Of a DNA stretch of 64,000 nt, positions 15,440 through 26,910 are shown in pieces. The DNA is from Octopus vulgaris (Eukaryota), in the NCBI GenBank assembly GCA_951406725.2, contig OX597815.1, positions 85,932,001-85,996,000 on the forward strand, written 5' to 3'. The notes beneath the pieces are model-generated. The model was not told where the DNA came from, ran no database searches, and saw only the letters and a program-made list of their open reading frames with translations. Both the position numbers and the translations under genes were made by a program. Each line of letters opens with the position of its first letter. Position 1 is the stretch's first letter.

Positions 15440-17168
15440 TGGGAAGCGGTTACCTTTTCGGTAGAGAAGGTGTATATTCTACGATGCTATCCCTCACGCC
15501 GGACTTCTGTCTGATGACCTCGCTACTGATGTGCTCCCTCAACGAGATTCTAAGCATTGACCTCTCCATGGCTTTTTGGGCCGCAACCAATCTCTGCTCT
15601 TCTCTCTTTGTTGTAGTCTATGTTTCACTACCATATAAGATTGCAGGTAGAACTGTGTTATTGATGAGGTTGGCGCGGGTGGTCCTGTCCAACCTTCCCT
15701 TGAGCACATCCCATATGCCATTAAACGCCTTCCATCCGGCCCTTACTCTCCGCGAGATCTCCTTTTCGATGTCTCGGCACATATTCACTTCCTGTCCCAG
15801 GTAGAGATATTCCTTCACTCCCTCTATTTCGTCACTGCCGACCACCATTCGACCTGTTGGTACGTTGTGTGAACTTCATTTTCATGCAGTACATCATGAG
15901 ACCTACTGCAGAGCTTTTGATGTCGAGCTCCGTCAGCATGGTCTGAAGCTGATCCGTGGTTTCAGCAATGATTACAATGTCATCAGCGAAACGGAGGTGG
16001 GTGAGTAGCTCGCCATTGATGTTGACACCGCTTGTCAGTCGATGCCTCTGATGATCTGCTCGACACATGCGGTGAAAAGTTTTGGAGAGATCGCATCTCC
16101 TTGCTTTACTTCCTACTCGACCGGCACTCGTACGGGTGATGACAGCAGAGCTATGTCGGTGGTGCAACCGGAATTTGCCTCCCTGAGCAGTTGCACATAT
16201 TGCGCCTCGACTCCTTGCCTCTGCAGCGAGTTCAGTACTGCGTTGGTTTCGACGCTGTCGAACGCCTTCTCATAGTCTACAAACGCAACGCAAAGAGGCA
16301 GCTTGTACTCATTCGCTTGTGCAAGCAGTTGTGTTAGAGTAAATATATGGTCCATTGTGCTGTAGTTCCTCCGGAAGCCGGCTTGTTCCCTCGGTTGTTG
16401 TTCGTCGAGATGACGTGACAACCTGTTCAGAATTATCTTTGTGAACAGCTTGTACACGTGAGACAGCAGGCACATGGGTCGGTAGTTCTTTAGATCTTCT
16501 CTATCGCCCTTCTTATATAACAGGTTGGTATTTGACTCTTTCCACTGCCAGGGAATTCTTCCCTCGTCCAGATAGTGCGTGAATTGCTCGTCGAGGATTT
16601 TCCAGAGCTGCTCTCTGCCTGATTTTATACCGTCTTTCCCTGGCGCCTTTCCGTTTTTCCTCAAGCCGATGGCTCTTTCGACCTCACTGACAAGGATAGG
16701 TGACACATTTTCATCCTGTTGGAGTGGTGGTAACGGCTGGACATTTCTGGTAGACTTGAAGAGTTTGGCGTAGAAGTCTTGGCAAACCTTTTCCATCTTG
16801 CTCTTATCGTTGTCCGGTAATCCATCTGCATTCTTCAGGGCCGTCACCTCCGATCTATATAGGGTCATGTCCCTCTTGCATTTCTTGAGGCTCTTCTTTT
16901 CTTCTGCGGCCTTCAGGAGCTTCCTCAACCGGTATGTCTCAAAGTCTCTCTTGAGTTGCTGATGAATCACTCTGCTGAGAAGGGAATATTCAAGGTGATC
17001 TTCAAGAGTCCTCTTCACATTTTCCTCTTCTCGAGTAACTTCGTAGTTTCCTCCGAGACTCTTCACTTCTTCTCTCTCAGACACACCCCTTTAGCCTTCC
17101 TTAAACACTCCTTCAGTTTCCCTATCAGTGAGCTGTAATCATCGTCTATGCTGTCTATGCTGTCTCCT
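15440..17168 (-). mobile_element. RTE-clade LINE, degraded RT region
   Basis: ORFs give KAPGKDG, LYKKGDREDLKNYRPMCLL, EQAGFR, FVDYEKAFDSV, HLRFADD, YLYLGQ, ISRRVRAGWKAF and LYGSET. Frameshifts and deletions are present. Confidence 0.92.
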
Positions 17169-17174
17169 ATTCAG

Positions 17175-17460
17175 TAAGAAGGAGAAGAAGAGATGGACCT
17201 GGATATCTCCGAACTCTGAGCACCGAAATGAGATGGACTACATCCTGGTCGATTACATGACTTCTCCGTCGTGACGCCATGCAACACCGGCAGCGATCAT
17301 CGTGTGATGAGGGCGAGGGTCGTCATCGACGAGAAGAAGGAGAAGGCACTGCATTTGGCGTCGAAGGGAAAACGCGTCCTAGTCTGCAACGAGGCGAAGC
17401 TGCAGGAAGCCATCATGTAGGAAACCTGGTGCCAAGGAGATGGCATACACGATGACTACA
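17175..17460 (+). mobile_element. Inverted 5' segment of the same RTE (APE endonuclease C-terminus)
   Basis: The plus strand translates to KKRWTWISPNSEHRNEMDYILVD...NTGSDHRVMRARV...GDGIHDDY, with the APE motifs TW, DYIL and SDH. Confidence 0.85.
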
Positions 17461-17489
17461 ATATATATATCTATATATATATATATCAG

Positions 17490-19500
17490 TTTTGATATGC
17501 CGGTTTGAAGAAGGCCCTCGGTCCATCCGCAACCAAGTCAGCCCCTCTGAAATCAACTACTGGAGATCTCATCAGGGATCAAGGGAAGCAAATGGATAGA
17601 TGGGTGGAGCACTACCAGGATCTCTACTCACGGGAGACCACAGTGGCTGAGGCTGCAGTCGAGAATGTCAAGATCTTGCCAGTCATGTGCGAACTTGACA
17701 GTCCGCCATCTATAGCAGAGCTCACCAAGGCTGTTGACTCCCTAGCAAGAAATAAGGCTCCGGGAAAAGACGGCATCCCCTCAGAGATCATGAAAGCCGA
17801 CAAAAACACCATCCTGCTTCGGCACCTTCATGAGCTTCTGTGTCAGTGCTGGGAAGAGGGTACAGTCCCTCAGGATATGCGGGATGCCAACATCATTACG
17901 CTTTACAAAAACAAAGGTGACCGTGGTGATTGTAACAATTACCGTGGTATATCCCTTCTAAGCACTGTTGGAAAGACCTTTGCCCGCGTTATCCTGGCCA
18001 GGCTACAACTACTTGCTTCTCGAATCTATCCAGAATCGCAGTGTGGCTTTAGAAGAAGCAGATCAACTATCGATATGATATTCTCCATAGGCCAACTTCA
18101 GGAGAAGTCCAGAGAGCAGAAAATGCCATTATATATGGCCTTCATTGATCTAACAAAGGCTTTTGACTCGGTAAGCAGAACAGGCCTCTTCCTCCTGCTC
18201 CAAAAAATCGGATGTCCACCAAAGCTGCTGAGGATCATCAAGTCTTTCCATGATGACATGCAAGGCACCATACAGCACAACGGTTCAACATCAGCCGCCT
18301 TCCAAATAAAAAACGGGGTAAAGCAAGGCTGTGTCCTCGCTCCTACATTGTTTGGCATCTTCTTCTCACTCTTACTGTCACATGCCTTTCAGACATCAGA
18401 TGATGGAGTGTTTCTGCACAGTAGAAGTGACGGGAAACTGTTCAATCTCTAGCGCCTGCGTGCCAAGACCAAAATCAGAAACGTCCTGATCAAGGAGATG
18501 TTATTTGCTGATGATGCCGCTCTGGTAACACACACAGAAGAAGCCCTCCAAAGGCTCATTAACTGTTTTGAGCAAGCATGTAACGACTTTGGCTTAGCTA
18601 TCAGCCTTAAGAAGACCAACATCATGGGCCAGGCTACATCGGACATCCCAAACATACATATTGGAGACCACAGATTACAAGAGGTGGAGAAGTTTATCTA
18701 TCTGGGCTCTACCGTCACCTACAACCTATCCCTTGACGCTGAGCTCAATATACGCATTGGCAAGGCAGCTGCTGCGATGGCCCAACTCTCCAAACGGTCT
18801 TGGGACAACAATAAGCTGACCAAGACCACGAAAATGAAGATCTACCAGGCATGTGTACTCAGCACTCTACTGTATGGAAGCGAGACCTGGACGCTATACA
18901 CACGCCAAGAACGTCGCCTAAACATCTTTCACCTGCGCTGCCTCCGAAAAATCCTCCACATCAAATGGCAGAATCGTATCCCCAACAAAGATGTCCTCAG
19001 GCAAGCAGGAATACCAAGCATGTTTGCACTCCTCACACAAGTATGAGATGGCTTGGGCATGTTAGCCGTATGAAAGATGGCAGAAACCCCAAGGACATAC
19101 TCTACGGAGAGCTTGCTAGGGGTACTAGGTCTGTGGGTAGACCGATCTTACGTTACAAGGATGTTTGCAAAAGGGATATGAAGGCCTGCAACATCAATAT
19201 TAGCGGTTGGGAGGCAGTCGCCGGCAACCGTGGAGAATGGCGACGTACAGTAAAAGAGGGAATACAAAAGAGTGACAGAGAGAGAGAGGAGAAATGGAAA
19301 GAAAGGAAGAGACGTAAACAAGAGGAACAGTCTTCGCTACATTTGCGGTACCTGCCAGAGGGAGTGTTTGTCCAGGATAGGACTACACAGCCACAGCAGG
19401 AAATGTATCAGGACATAAAATATAAAAGCCGGACTAGACTGAAAAAAAAAAAAATGCGCAACTCCATTGTCTCCCGAGACAGAAAGGATGCCAATACAAT

Positions 19501-19503
<3 letters not shown>
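17490..19503 (+). mobile_element. 5'-truncated RTE-clade LINE (RT to 3' end), one in-frame stop and one frameshift
   Basis: ORFs 17505-18452, 18498-19046 and 18851+ give YKNKGDRGDCNNYRGISLL, PESQCGFR, FIDLTKAFD, GVKQGCVLAP, LFADD, LLYGSETW and RWLGHV. The 3' end has the hairpin tgtctcccgagaca and an aatac repeat. It sits in (TA)n. Confidence 0.95.
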
Positions 19504-19579
<76 letters not shown>

Positions 19580-19597
19580 GTATGTATGTATATGTAA

Positions 19598-19940
19598 AGT
19601 GGCTGCTTTCTCGTATACGACCAAAGCCATTGCTAGAAAGAGTCATTGAAATTAGTCATTAAATTATGCAACGTGAGCCACTTATATGACTCTTGAGCCC
19701 CACCAATGATTTTCACATTTTATTGCATTATGTACAGTTGTACTGGCTGACAAAATGAACCACTGCCACAGCATGAAGTCTTTTGACATGTCTTTTTAAT
19801 CCCCAAAATTAATTGAAACAATTAATCCCCCCACACTTTTTTACATGTTGCACATATTCCGTTGTCAACAATAGCTGTATTATAATTTACAAGGGCTCCT
19901 TTGGTGGCCGACCAGGCCTGCACGACTTGAGCATTGCCTC
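19598..19940 (-). mobile_element. Degenerate LINE 3' end encoding C2H2-like Zn-finger remnants
   Basis: Minus-strand peptides SSRAGLVGH, GLKRH and C..CNK..KSLVGLKSH resemble the Zn-finger tails of RTE-like elements. Confidence 0.45.
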
Positions 19941-20189
19941 CTACAAATCACACACATTTGTATGTATGTATGTATGTATGTATGTATGTATGTATGTATG
20001 CATATATATGTGTGTATGTACGTATGTATGTATGTATGTATGTATGTATTTATGTATGTATGTATGTATGTATGTATGTATGTATGTATGTATGTATGTA
20101 TTTATCTATCTATCTGTCTTTCTGTCTGGCTGCCTGCCTGTCTGTCTTCCTGGGTATGGAGGATGATGTAGTGCTCATGGATTTTGCAA

Positions 20190-20685
20190 ACCTTCAAAGT
20201 CTTATGTTTTCGTTTAAGATGTTGCAACTCAACATATGCTGGAAAAGCATAAACAAGGAAGAGATTTCAAAAATTTTGATGCTTTGAGGATGGAAGATTG
20301 TGGCCAGTAGTCAGAGTGGAGCCACGGGAGTTGGATGCAACAAGGGTGACGAGAGCTGGAGATGACGAGTGTTTCAGGATCACTAATGTGCAATAAGAGC
20401 CAGCTGGAATGGACAAAGGTCATTAGCAACAGGTAGATAGATAGATAGATAGATAGATAGGGAGAGAGAGAGAAAGAGGGAAAGAGAGAGAGGGAAGAGA
20501 GAGAGGATGTTTCTCGACTGTATCCAGAGGCTGGTGTTTGTCTCTGAATGATTAAATGACGAAGGGTCGAGTGGCACATGTAGATGTGGTCTAAAATGTT
20601 TGAAGGCCTAGCAGCAGTACCGTTCTGGATGTGGAAGCAATGCCCCATGGTGCTTCGTAAAATGCCAATACACGTTGGGCTCTGA
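20190..20685 (-). mobile_element. Degenerate CR1/Jockey-group LINE 3' fragment
   Basis: Minus-strand peptides RSTMGHCFHI, NILDHI, SSRHPCCIQLP and LKSLP resemble the R..MEYCSH.W...LD...LWNSLP C-terminus. Confidence 0.5.
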
Positions 20686-20865
20686 AATATGTACATACGC
20701 ACACGCGCACACATAAATACACAGACACGCGCGCGCACGCCGCCCCTACACACATACACATACGTGTGTGTAGCCGTGGTATGGTGTAAACATACGAGCA
20801 AATTACATCACAATGCATAGAAATGGAACGGAGATTAGATCTGTTTTCATATACGCACTTATATA

Positions 20866-21760
20866 ATTGTTTCAAATTTCGGTACAACGTCAGCGATTTT
20901 CAGGCGTGAAGTTCATGTCGATTACATCGACCCCCGTATCTAGCTTGTACTACGTTTCATAGATCCCGAAAGGCAATCCTGCTAGATTTGAACTCAGAAC
21001 ATAAATAGCCTGAAGAAATGCCGCTCAGTACTTTGTCTGATGTGCTAACGATTCTGCTAGCTCGCTGCCTCATATGTGCGAATATAATAATATTCTTTTC
21101 TACTCTAGGCACAAGGCCCGAAGATTTGGGGGAGGGGGCAGTTGATTAGATGGACCCCAGAACGCAACTGGTACTTAATCTATCGACCTCTAAATGATGA
21201 AAGGCAAAGTCGACCTCAGCGGAATTTGAACTCAGAACGTAAAGATAGACGAATTACGGCAAAGCATTTCGCCCGGCATGCTAACGTTTCTGCCAGCTCG
21301 CCGCCTTTAATAATCGTTTCTACTACAGGCACAAGGCCTGAAATTGTGGGGGAAGAGCTAGTTGATTACATCGACCCCAGTGTTTCACTGGTATCTAATT
21401 TATCAACTCCGAAAGGATGAAAGGCAAAGTCAACCTCGGCGGAATTTGAACTCAGAACGTAAAAACAGACGAAATACTGCTGAGCATTTCGCGCTAACGA
21501 TTCTGCAAGCTCCCCGCTTGAATATAATAATATCCATTACTGTTATACGGCGGTAAGCTGGCAGAAACGTTAGCAGGCCGGGCGAAAAGCTTAGCAGTAT
21601 TTCGTCTGTCTTTACGTTCTGAGTTCAAATTCCGTCGAGGTCAACTTTGTCTTTCATCCTCTCGGGGTCGATAAATTAAGTACCAGTTGCGTACTGGGGC
21701 TGATTTAATCGATGACTCCCTCCCCCAAAATTTCGGGCCCTGTGCCTAGGGCAGAAAAAA
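20866..21760. mobile_element. Cluster of four tRNA-derived SINEs (three minus, then one plus)
   Basis: Copies at about 20866-21070, 21094-21306 and 21313-21518 (-), and 21548-21760 (+). All contain gagttcaaattcc...ctttcatc or its reverse complement. Confidence 0.9.
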
Positions 21761-22491
21761 AAGAATATCCATTTCTGTTATCATCATGATTGTTATGATC
21801 ATCATCAGCATCATCGATAATTAGGTTTGTTTATGGTTTTCAGTATTTTTATTACCTATCTTCATTCTTATATTATTTCTGACTTTCTTTGTTTCATTCA
21901 TTCGTGATTCCATTCTTTCATATTTCCCTTCTATTTTTCCAGTAATTCTTTGAAAATTTAATTGATTTATTCTACATCGAGAATTCGAGTTTTGCCTCTT
22001 TCTTCATATTCACTTTTTCCCTTTTTCCCCCAAACCTTCTGTTCTTTACACAATTAACCAATCATTCATGCTATATATATTTTTTATCTTACTCCAACGG
22101 ATTCTCTTTGTATTCAAAGCGAGTGTATTCAGTAAAAATAAGCGCTTTGACAAAAAAACAAAAACAAAAAAAAAACTAATATATTTGTGTATGATAGTGG
22201 TTGTAAGAAAATATTCATAGTAATACATGAAGAAAAGTACCACATATACGTATACAAACACCGGGAAACTCACATAAATAAATTCATTTAACACAAACAC
22301 ATACATATATGCGTGGATGTCAACATATGTACTTGTGTGTGTGTGTGCGCGCGTGTGTGTATCATATTTGCATACATAAAAACATACACAGAAACACGCA
22401 CGTTTAGTTATGTACACATACACAGGGTATACATACATGTATGTATATGTTTGTATATATATATATATAGGTGTGCGTGTGCGTGTGTGTG

Positions 22492-22876
22492 TGTAACCAT
22501 AGGCAATTATACATTAAGAGGAAAACCAGTAAGTGGCTTCCTTGATTGCTGAAAGATGTCAGATCTTCAAACCACGAAAAATATGTTCTCATGCATAGCG
22601 CCTTGGATGTAATCGGGCAAGACAATATGGTCTTCAAATTTTTTTTCATATTGTCTTGCTCGCTTACGTCCAATGCGCTATGTATGAGAACGTATTTTTC
22701 GTAGTTTGAAGATCTGACATCTTCTTTCAGCAAGCAAGAAAGCCACTTAGTGGTTTTCCTCTTAGTGTATAATTGCCTATGGTCATACACATATATACAA
22801 AATTAATTTGCAGTCTACGGACACTGCATGCTGATCACTAGTGTAAATTATTAGTTTCAATAATTTTTACCCTCAA
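22492..22876. mobile_element. PLE pLTR-type fold-back (about 135-bp arms) plus tail
   Basis: 22496-22629 is the imperfect reverse complement of 22647-22783. The tail ends ttttaccctcaata. The motif aaatatgttctc is related to families at 12670 and 28135. Confidence 0.7.
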
Positions 22877-22932
22877 TATGCTTACACACACACTACACAC
22901 ATATTACATATGCGTTCACGCACACAAACGTA

Positions 22933-22986
<54 letters not shown>

Positions 22987-22989
22987 TGA

Positions 22990-23176
22990 TAGATCGTTAG
23001 CCACGACACACATTTTTTATCTCCTTGATTCTCTCCTTTTTTCTGTGTCCATTTCTGTAGAAGAGCGTAGGCTCGAAACGTAAAAGACTTTTTCTATTCC
23101 TGAGCGTTATACTAATACATCTGTTTGTTTTGTACACCACCTGTCTTCGTCTTTTGTTTTTTTCGTAAACTCTCCT
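22990..23176 (+). mobile_element. PLE pLTR end, family D, with a hammerhead-like motif at 23047-23088
   Basis: Homologous to 55165-55343. Reads ttt-CTGTAGA-a-gagc-gtag-gctc-GAAA-cg-TA-aaa. (TA)n flanks. Confidence 0.7.
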
Positions 23177-23227
23177 ATATATATAAAACATAAATTCGAA
23201 AGAAAAAGCACACTCTGTAAAGCAGTA

Positions 23228-24742
23228 ATATATTAAAATTGGAGCAGGCCGGTTTATGGGATTGCCTTGGGTTTCCCGTCCACAACGGGTTTAGCTTTAC
23301 GGCGTATAGTCAGATCCCCAAAACCTGTTGTCTCATGGCCTCTTCAAAATATGGAGGGGGAAATGCCTCACTACTCAAAGGTTACAAGTGGGGATTATTT
23401 TCCTTTGCTAATGGCTATCGAATTCAGGCTGTGCCAAGCATTTCACTATCTTTCATAGATACGGGCTCATATTCAATAGACACAACGTTAGAGTCCCGTT
23501 TAGTTGTGCCCTCAGTATTAAGAGGATCTTTGTTAGTGCCCCTAAGGCGCAGGAAGAACTGGATGTTCATGCAGGGACTGCAACACATGTGCGGTAGGAA
23601 GCCACGGTGAAACTAAAGGGGTCGTCTATGAAGTCGAAGTATTAGTAAACTCTAGCAATACTAGCGCTAGAAGCAGTAGCAGCTGTAGACATGACAACAG
23701 AACCACCAATACTGCTACCATAACCACAGTTGACAACATTAGCAATAATAGCAATAACAGCGCCAGTGACAGCATTGGTAGTTCCCCCGACGGCAATATC
23801 ACTAACAGCAACAGCAGTACCATCGCCATCAGCACTAACATTACCAACATATTCCCTAACGTCCACAGCAGCAGACCCAACAACTCCTATAACAGCTGCA
23901 ATAGGTCCAATGCCACTCCCAGCTCTAACGTCAATAACAGCAGCAGCGACAGTGGCCCTAGCAGAAACACCAGCAGAACCACAGCTAATAACACCTCTAG
24001 CAGCAATGGCAACTCTCCCACCAATGAAGAGGACCACAATAACAACAACAATGCCTCCACCATAACCGGCAGTGGCGATATCATTACTGACGCTACCACT
24101 ACCTCCAATGACGCCAATACAAGCAGTCCCAGTTCCAGCAACAACAATGTCGGCGGCAACAGCAACAACAACAGCAAGGTACAACACCGACAGCACACAC
24201 CCTCGGAGATACATTGGATGTTCCGGGAACTTTTTCAAGCAACACCTCTCCAGCCACAGGTCCTCCTTCAGAGTTCCGGAAAGGAGATACGTAACATCAC
24301 TGGTCAGCCATGTTTGGCAACTAAGAATTCCATACTCGATCTCATGGAAAATCCTCGAGAACCCGGGCCCCTATATTAACGGGACGAAGTGTTGCAACTT
24401 ATGCATAGCTGACCGCGCGAGAATCCTAAAAGACTCACCCGAACCAGGGAACATCCTTAATTCCAGAACAGAGAATTTCGGGCTATGCTTACATTTCAGG
24501 AGGTTCTTGCTAATCTGTTGGAGCCTGCAAGATGAGGGCACAGCCGGACGTCGATAGCCATTGGGAAAGGGAGATAATCCCTAATTGTTACCTTTCAGTA
24601 GTGCGGCATTTCCTTCTTCATATTTCTAAGAGGTCATGGGCCAACAAGTCTTTGGGATCTGACGATACGCCATAAAGCTAAACCCTTTATGAACGGGAAA
24701 CCTAAGGCAATACTATAAACCGGCCCTCCCCATTTTATATAT
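23228..24742 (+). mobile_element. Penelope-like element 3' part: inverted pLTR, low-complexity spacer, GIY-YIG endonuclease C-terminus, pLTR
   Basis: ORF 24072-24557 has YIG..GNFFKQHLSSHRSSF...TSL...VWQL...ISWKIL...CNLC...ILNSRTE...CLH. 23228-23435 is the diverged reverse complement of 24537-24742. Confidence 0.85.
24653..24715 (+). ncRNA. Hammerhead-like motif (U16.1C variant); second copy on the minus strand at 23257-23318
   Basis: gggat-CTGACGA-tacgccataaag...ctttatgaacgg-GAAA-cctaagg-CA-atact. The other copy has a perfect stem I, gggat/atccc. Confidence 0.55.
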
Positions 24743-24749
24743 ATATATA

Positions 24750-25583
24750 CAGGGTGGGCGGGAAATAACCAGGTATTAGAAATTGCTTATAGAATTTTTG
24801 ATATCACAGAAGTCATGACGAAAACATTTTTTAAATAGACAACACTAATGGAGGTTTCTTATTTTCTTATTGTCTTATTACTTATTTTCCAGATGGCCGG
24901 TTGCTTGACTACGAAGTGTGGAATTACATTGTTTTGGTTCAGAGATGGTGGCGTACATAGAAAGGTAAGCATGCAACACTACGTCGGGAGGCAATAAAAT
25001 GTTGCCATTTAAAGCTGATGACCACGTGCTCTGTGAACGATGCAAGAAGTGTTCGTCCAACCATATCCCAATCAGCGGAGAACATGGCAACAGTGCAGGA
25101 AATGTTTAATCATAGCCCGCAAATATCAACAGCAGCGCATGAAAGAGGACTATCAAGACATGCAATATGTACGGTGTTGCATTAAAAATTGAATTTTCGT
25201 CCGTGGAAACCCCATTACGTGCAGGAGCTAAAACCTGAAGACTGTGAACGCAGAAGTCCAGAACTCCAAGTCCAGATCTCACTCCATGAGATTTTTATAC
25301 AAAAAAGGTGTACAAGACAGAACCTCGCACACTGGAGGACTTGGAGACACGGATTCAGGAGGTTCTCAATGATATCACAGACAACGTCCTTTAGGTTGTT
25401 CATTCCGTCCCTGGCCGTTTAAAGAAACTGGTTGACGCCACCGGTGCTTACGTTGAAATATGAAGATTTACTTTTATTTTCCCATGTAATAAAGGACATG
25501 TATAATTTGTTTCAATAAATTTGTTAAAGGAATATGGTTTTTATTACTAATTTTTAATGCCTACATACTTTTCACACAACCTG
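24750..25583 (+). mobile_element. Internally deleted Tc1/mariner DNA transposon
   Basis: Ends are cagg...cctg with imperfect TIRs and a 5' TA. Peptides include LNFRPWKPHYVQELKPEDCERR and KVYKTEPRTLEDLETRIQ...RLKKLVDATGAYVEI. Confidence 0.8.
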
Positions 25584-25587
25584 CATA

Positions 25588-25720
25588 TACTGGCACTCCG
25601 TCAGTTACGTCAACGGGGGTTCCAGTTGATCCGATCAACGGAACAGCCAGCTTGTGAAATTAACGTGCATCACATATGCGTGTACTCTTCACGTAGATGT
25701 TAGGGAGGTTCAGCGTGAGT
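25588..25720 (+). mobile_element. SINE internal/3' domain fragment
   Basis: gttccagttgatccgatcaacggaacagcc...gtgaaattaacgtgca. A related fragment lies at about 12915-13010. Confidence 0.5.
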
Positions 25721-25819
25721 GAGATCTGATAATGTCAAAAGTGACTATTTTTTTACCCGGAGTAGGTTTTCATCTTCGAATTTATAACTGTTCCATAATT
25801 TCACTTAGTCTTTTGCCTA

Positions 25820-26030
25820 AGGTGGTCAGCTAGCAGAATCGTCAGTACGGCGAATAAAAAGGTCAGTGACATTTCGTCCGTCTTTACCTTCTGAGTTCAA
25901 ATTTGGCCGAAATAGTATTTTCCCTCCATCCCTTTGGGTTGGATAAAATAAGTACCAGTTGAGCACTAAGATCGAGCTAATCGACTTACCCGTCACCCAC
26001 AACTGCTGGCCTTGTGGCAAAATTTGAAAC
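25820..26030 (+). mobile_element. tRNA-derived SINE copy
   Basis: agctagcagaatcgtcag...tctgagttcaaattt...gtaccagttgagcact...gtggcaaaatttgaaac. Confidence 0.75.
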
Positions 26031-26156
26031 GAACTAGTACTTTGAATGTATGCGTGCGCAGCTGCTTCTGCGTGTCTACGTGTACAACGAAGATTATGGA
26101 AGGAATTAAGTCACAATATAAACTCTCTAAAATTATATTTGTAAAATATATATATA

Positions 26157-26525
26157 TATTCGGTTGTCAGATAAATTAGTTCGTTTCCTTCTAATCTTAT
26201 ATGAAAAATAGTTTTATTTTAGTGTTCTACGTTTTCGCTTTTATTTCTATACTCCTTCAACAACTTTTGTTTATCATACTTGCAATTTGAATAAATTTCA
26301 TCACATTTAGACATATGGCGATGAAGTGAAACATGAACATTTTCGACATCTTCTATTCGCTTTTAGTCAAAGCTTCCAAAGCCGCCCGAGGCATTTATGT
26401 TGTGTATGAATTAGACGAGCATATAGGATGCTCTTATAGTACGGTCGCCCGTCACCTGCACTCGATGCGCGATGAATCTAAAACGACCCGGCCGACGACA
26501 CGGCGTGCTTATTCATCACGATAAC
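26157..26525 (+). mobile_element. Mariner transposase 5' relic
   Basis: Peptides HFRHLLFAF, SKAARGIYVVY and IGCSYSTVARHLHSM match the mariner N-terminal HTH regions. Starts after TA. Confidence 0.65.
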
Positions 26526-26587
26526 GCTCGTTCCCACGGCGAAAGGTGACCAACAATGATATTCATACACACACACATATATATATA

Positions 26588-26648
<61 letters not shown>

Positions 26649-26664
26649 GTATCTCTCTCTATAT

Positions 26665-26706
<42 letters not shown>

Positions 26707-26724
26707 CTCTCTCAATCTCTATCT

Positions 26725-26784
<60 letters not shown>

Positions 26785-26797
26785 GAGCTAATCCTAT

Positions 26798-26842
<45 letters not shown>

Positions 26843-26910
26843 TGATAATAGCATTAATATATATATATGTATGTATCTCTCTCTATCTCTTTATATGTAT
26901 ATATATATAT

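Noticed and set aside
18450-18452. In-frame stop in the RTE as programmed readthrough or recoding
   Set aside because: It is a TAG in a 5'-truncated copy that also has a frameshift, so simple decay is more likely.
20866-21760. Regularly repeated units that might suggest a CRISPR array or tRNA genes
   Set aside because: They are about 210-bp diverged SINE copies. There are no identical short repeats with unique spacers, no full cloverleaf and no cas genes, and the context is eukaryotic.
22700-22760. ttgaaga...gaaagccacttagtggtt as a hammerhead
   Set aside because: Stem II and stem I cannot be formed convincingly.
23626-24238. Overlapping Ala/Thr/Val-rich ORFs, antifreeze- or mucin-like
   Set aside because: This is a decayed (CAG/CAA) spacer inside the PLE, open on both strands.
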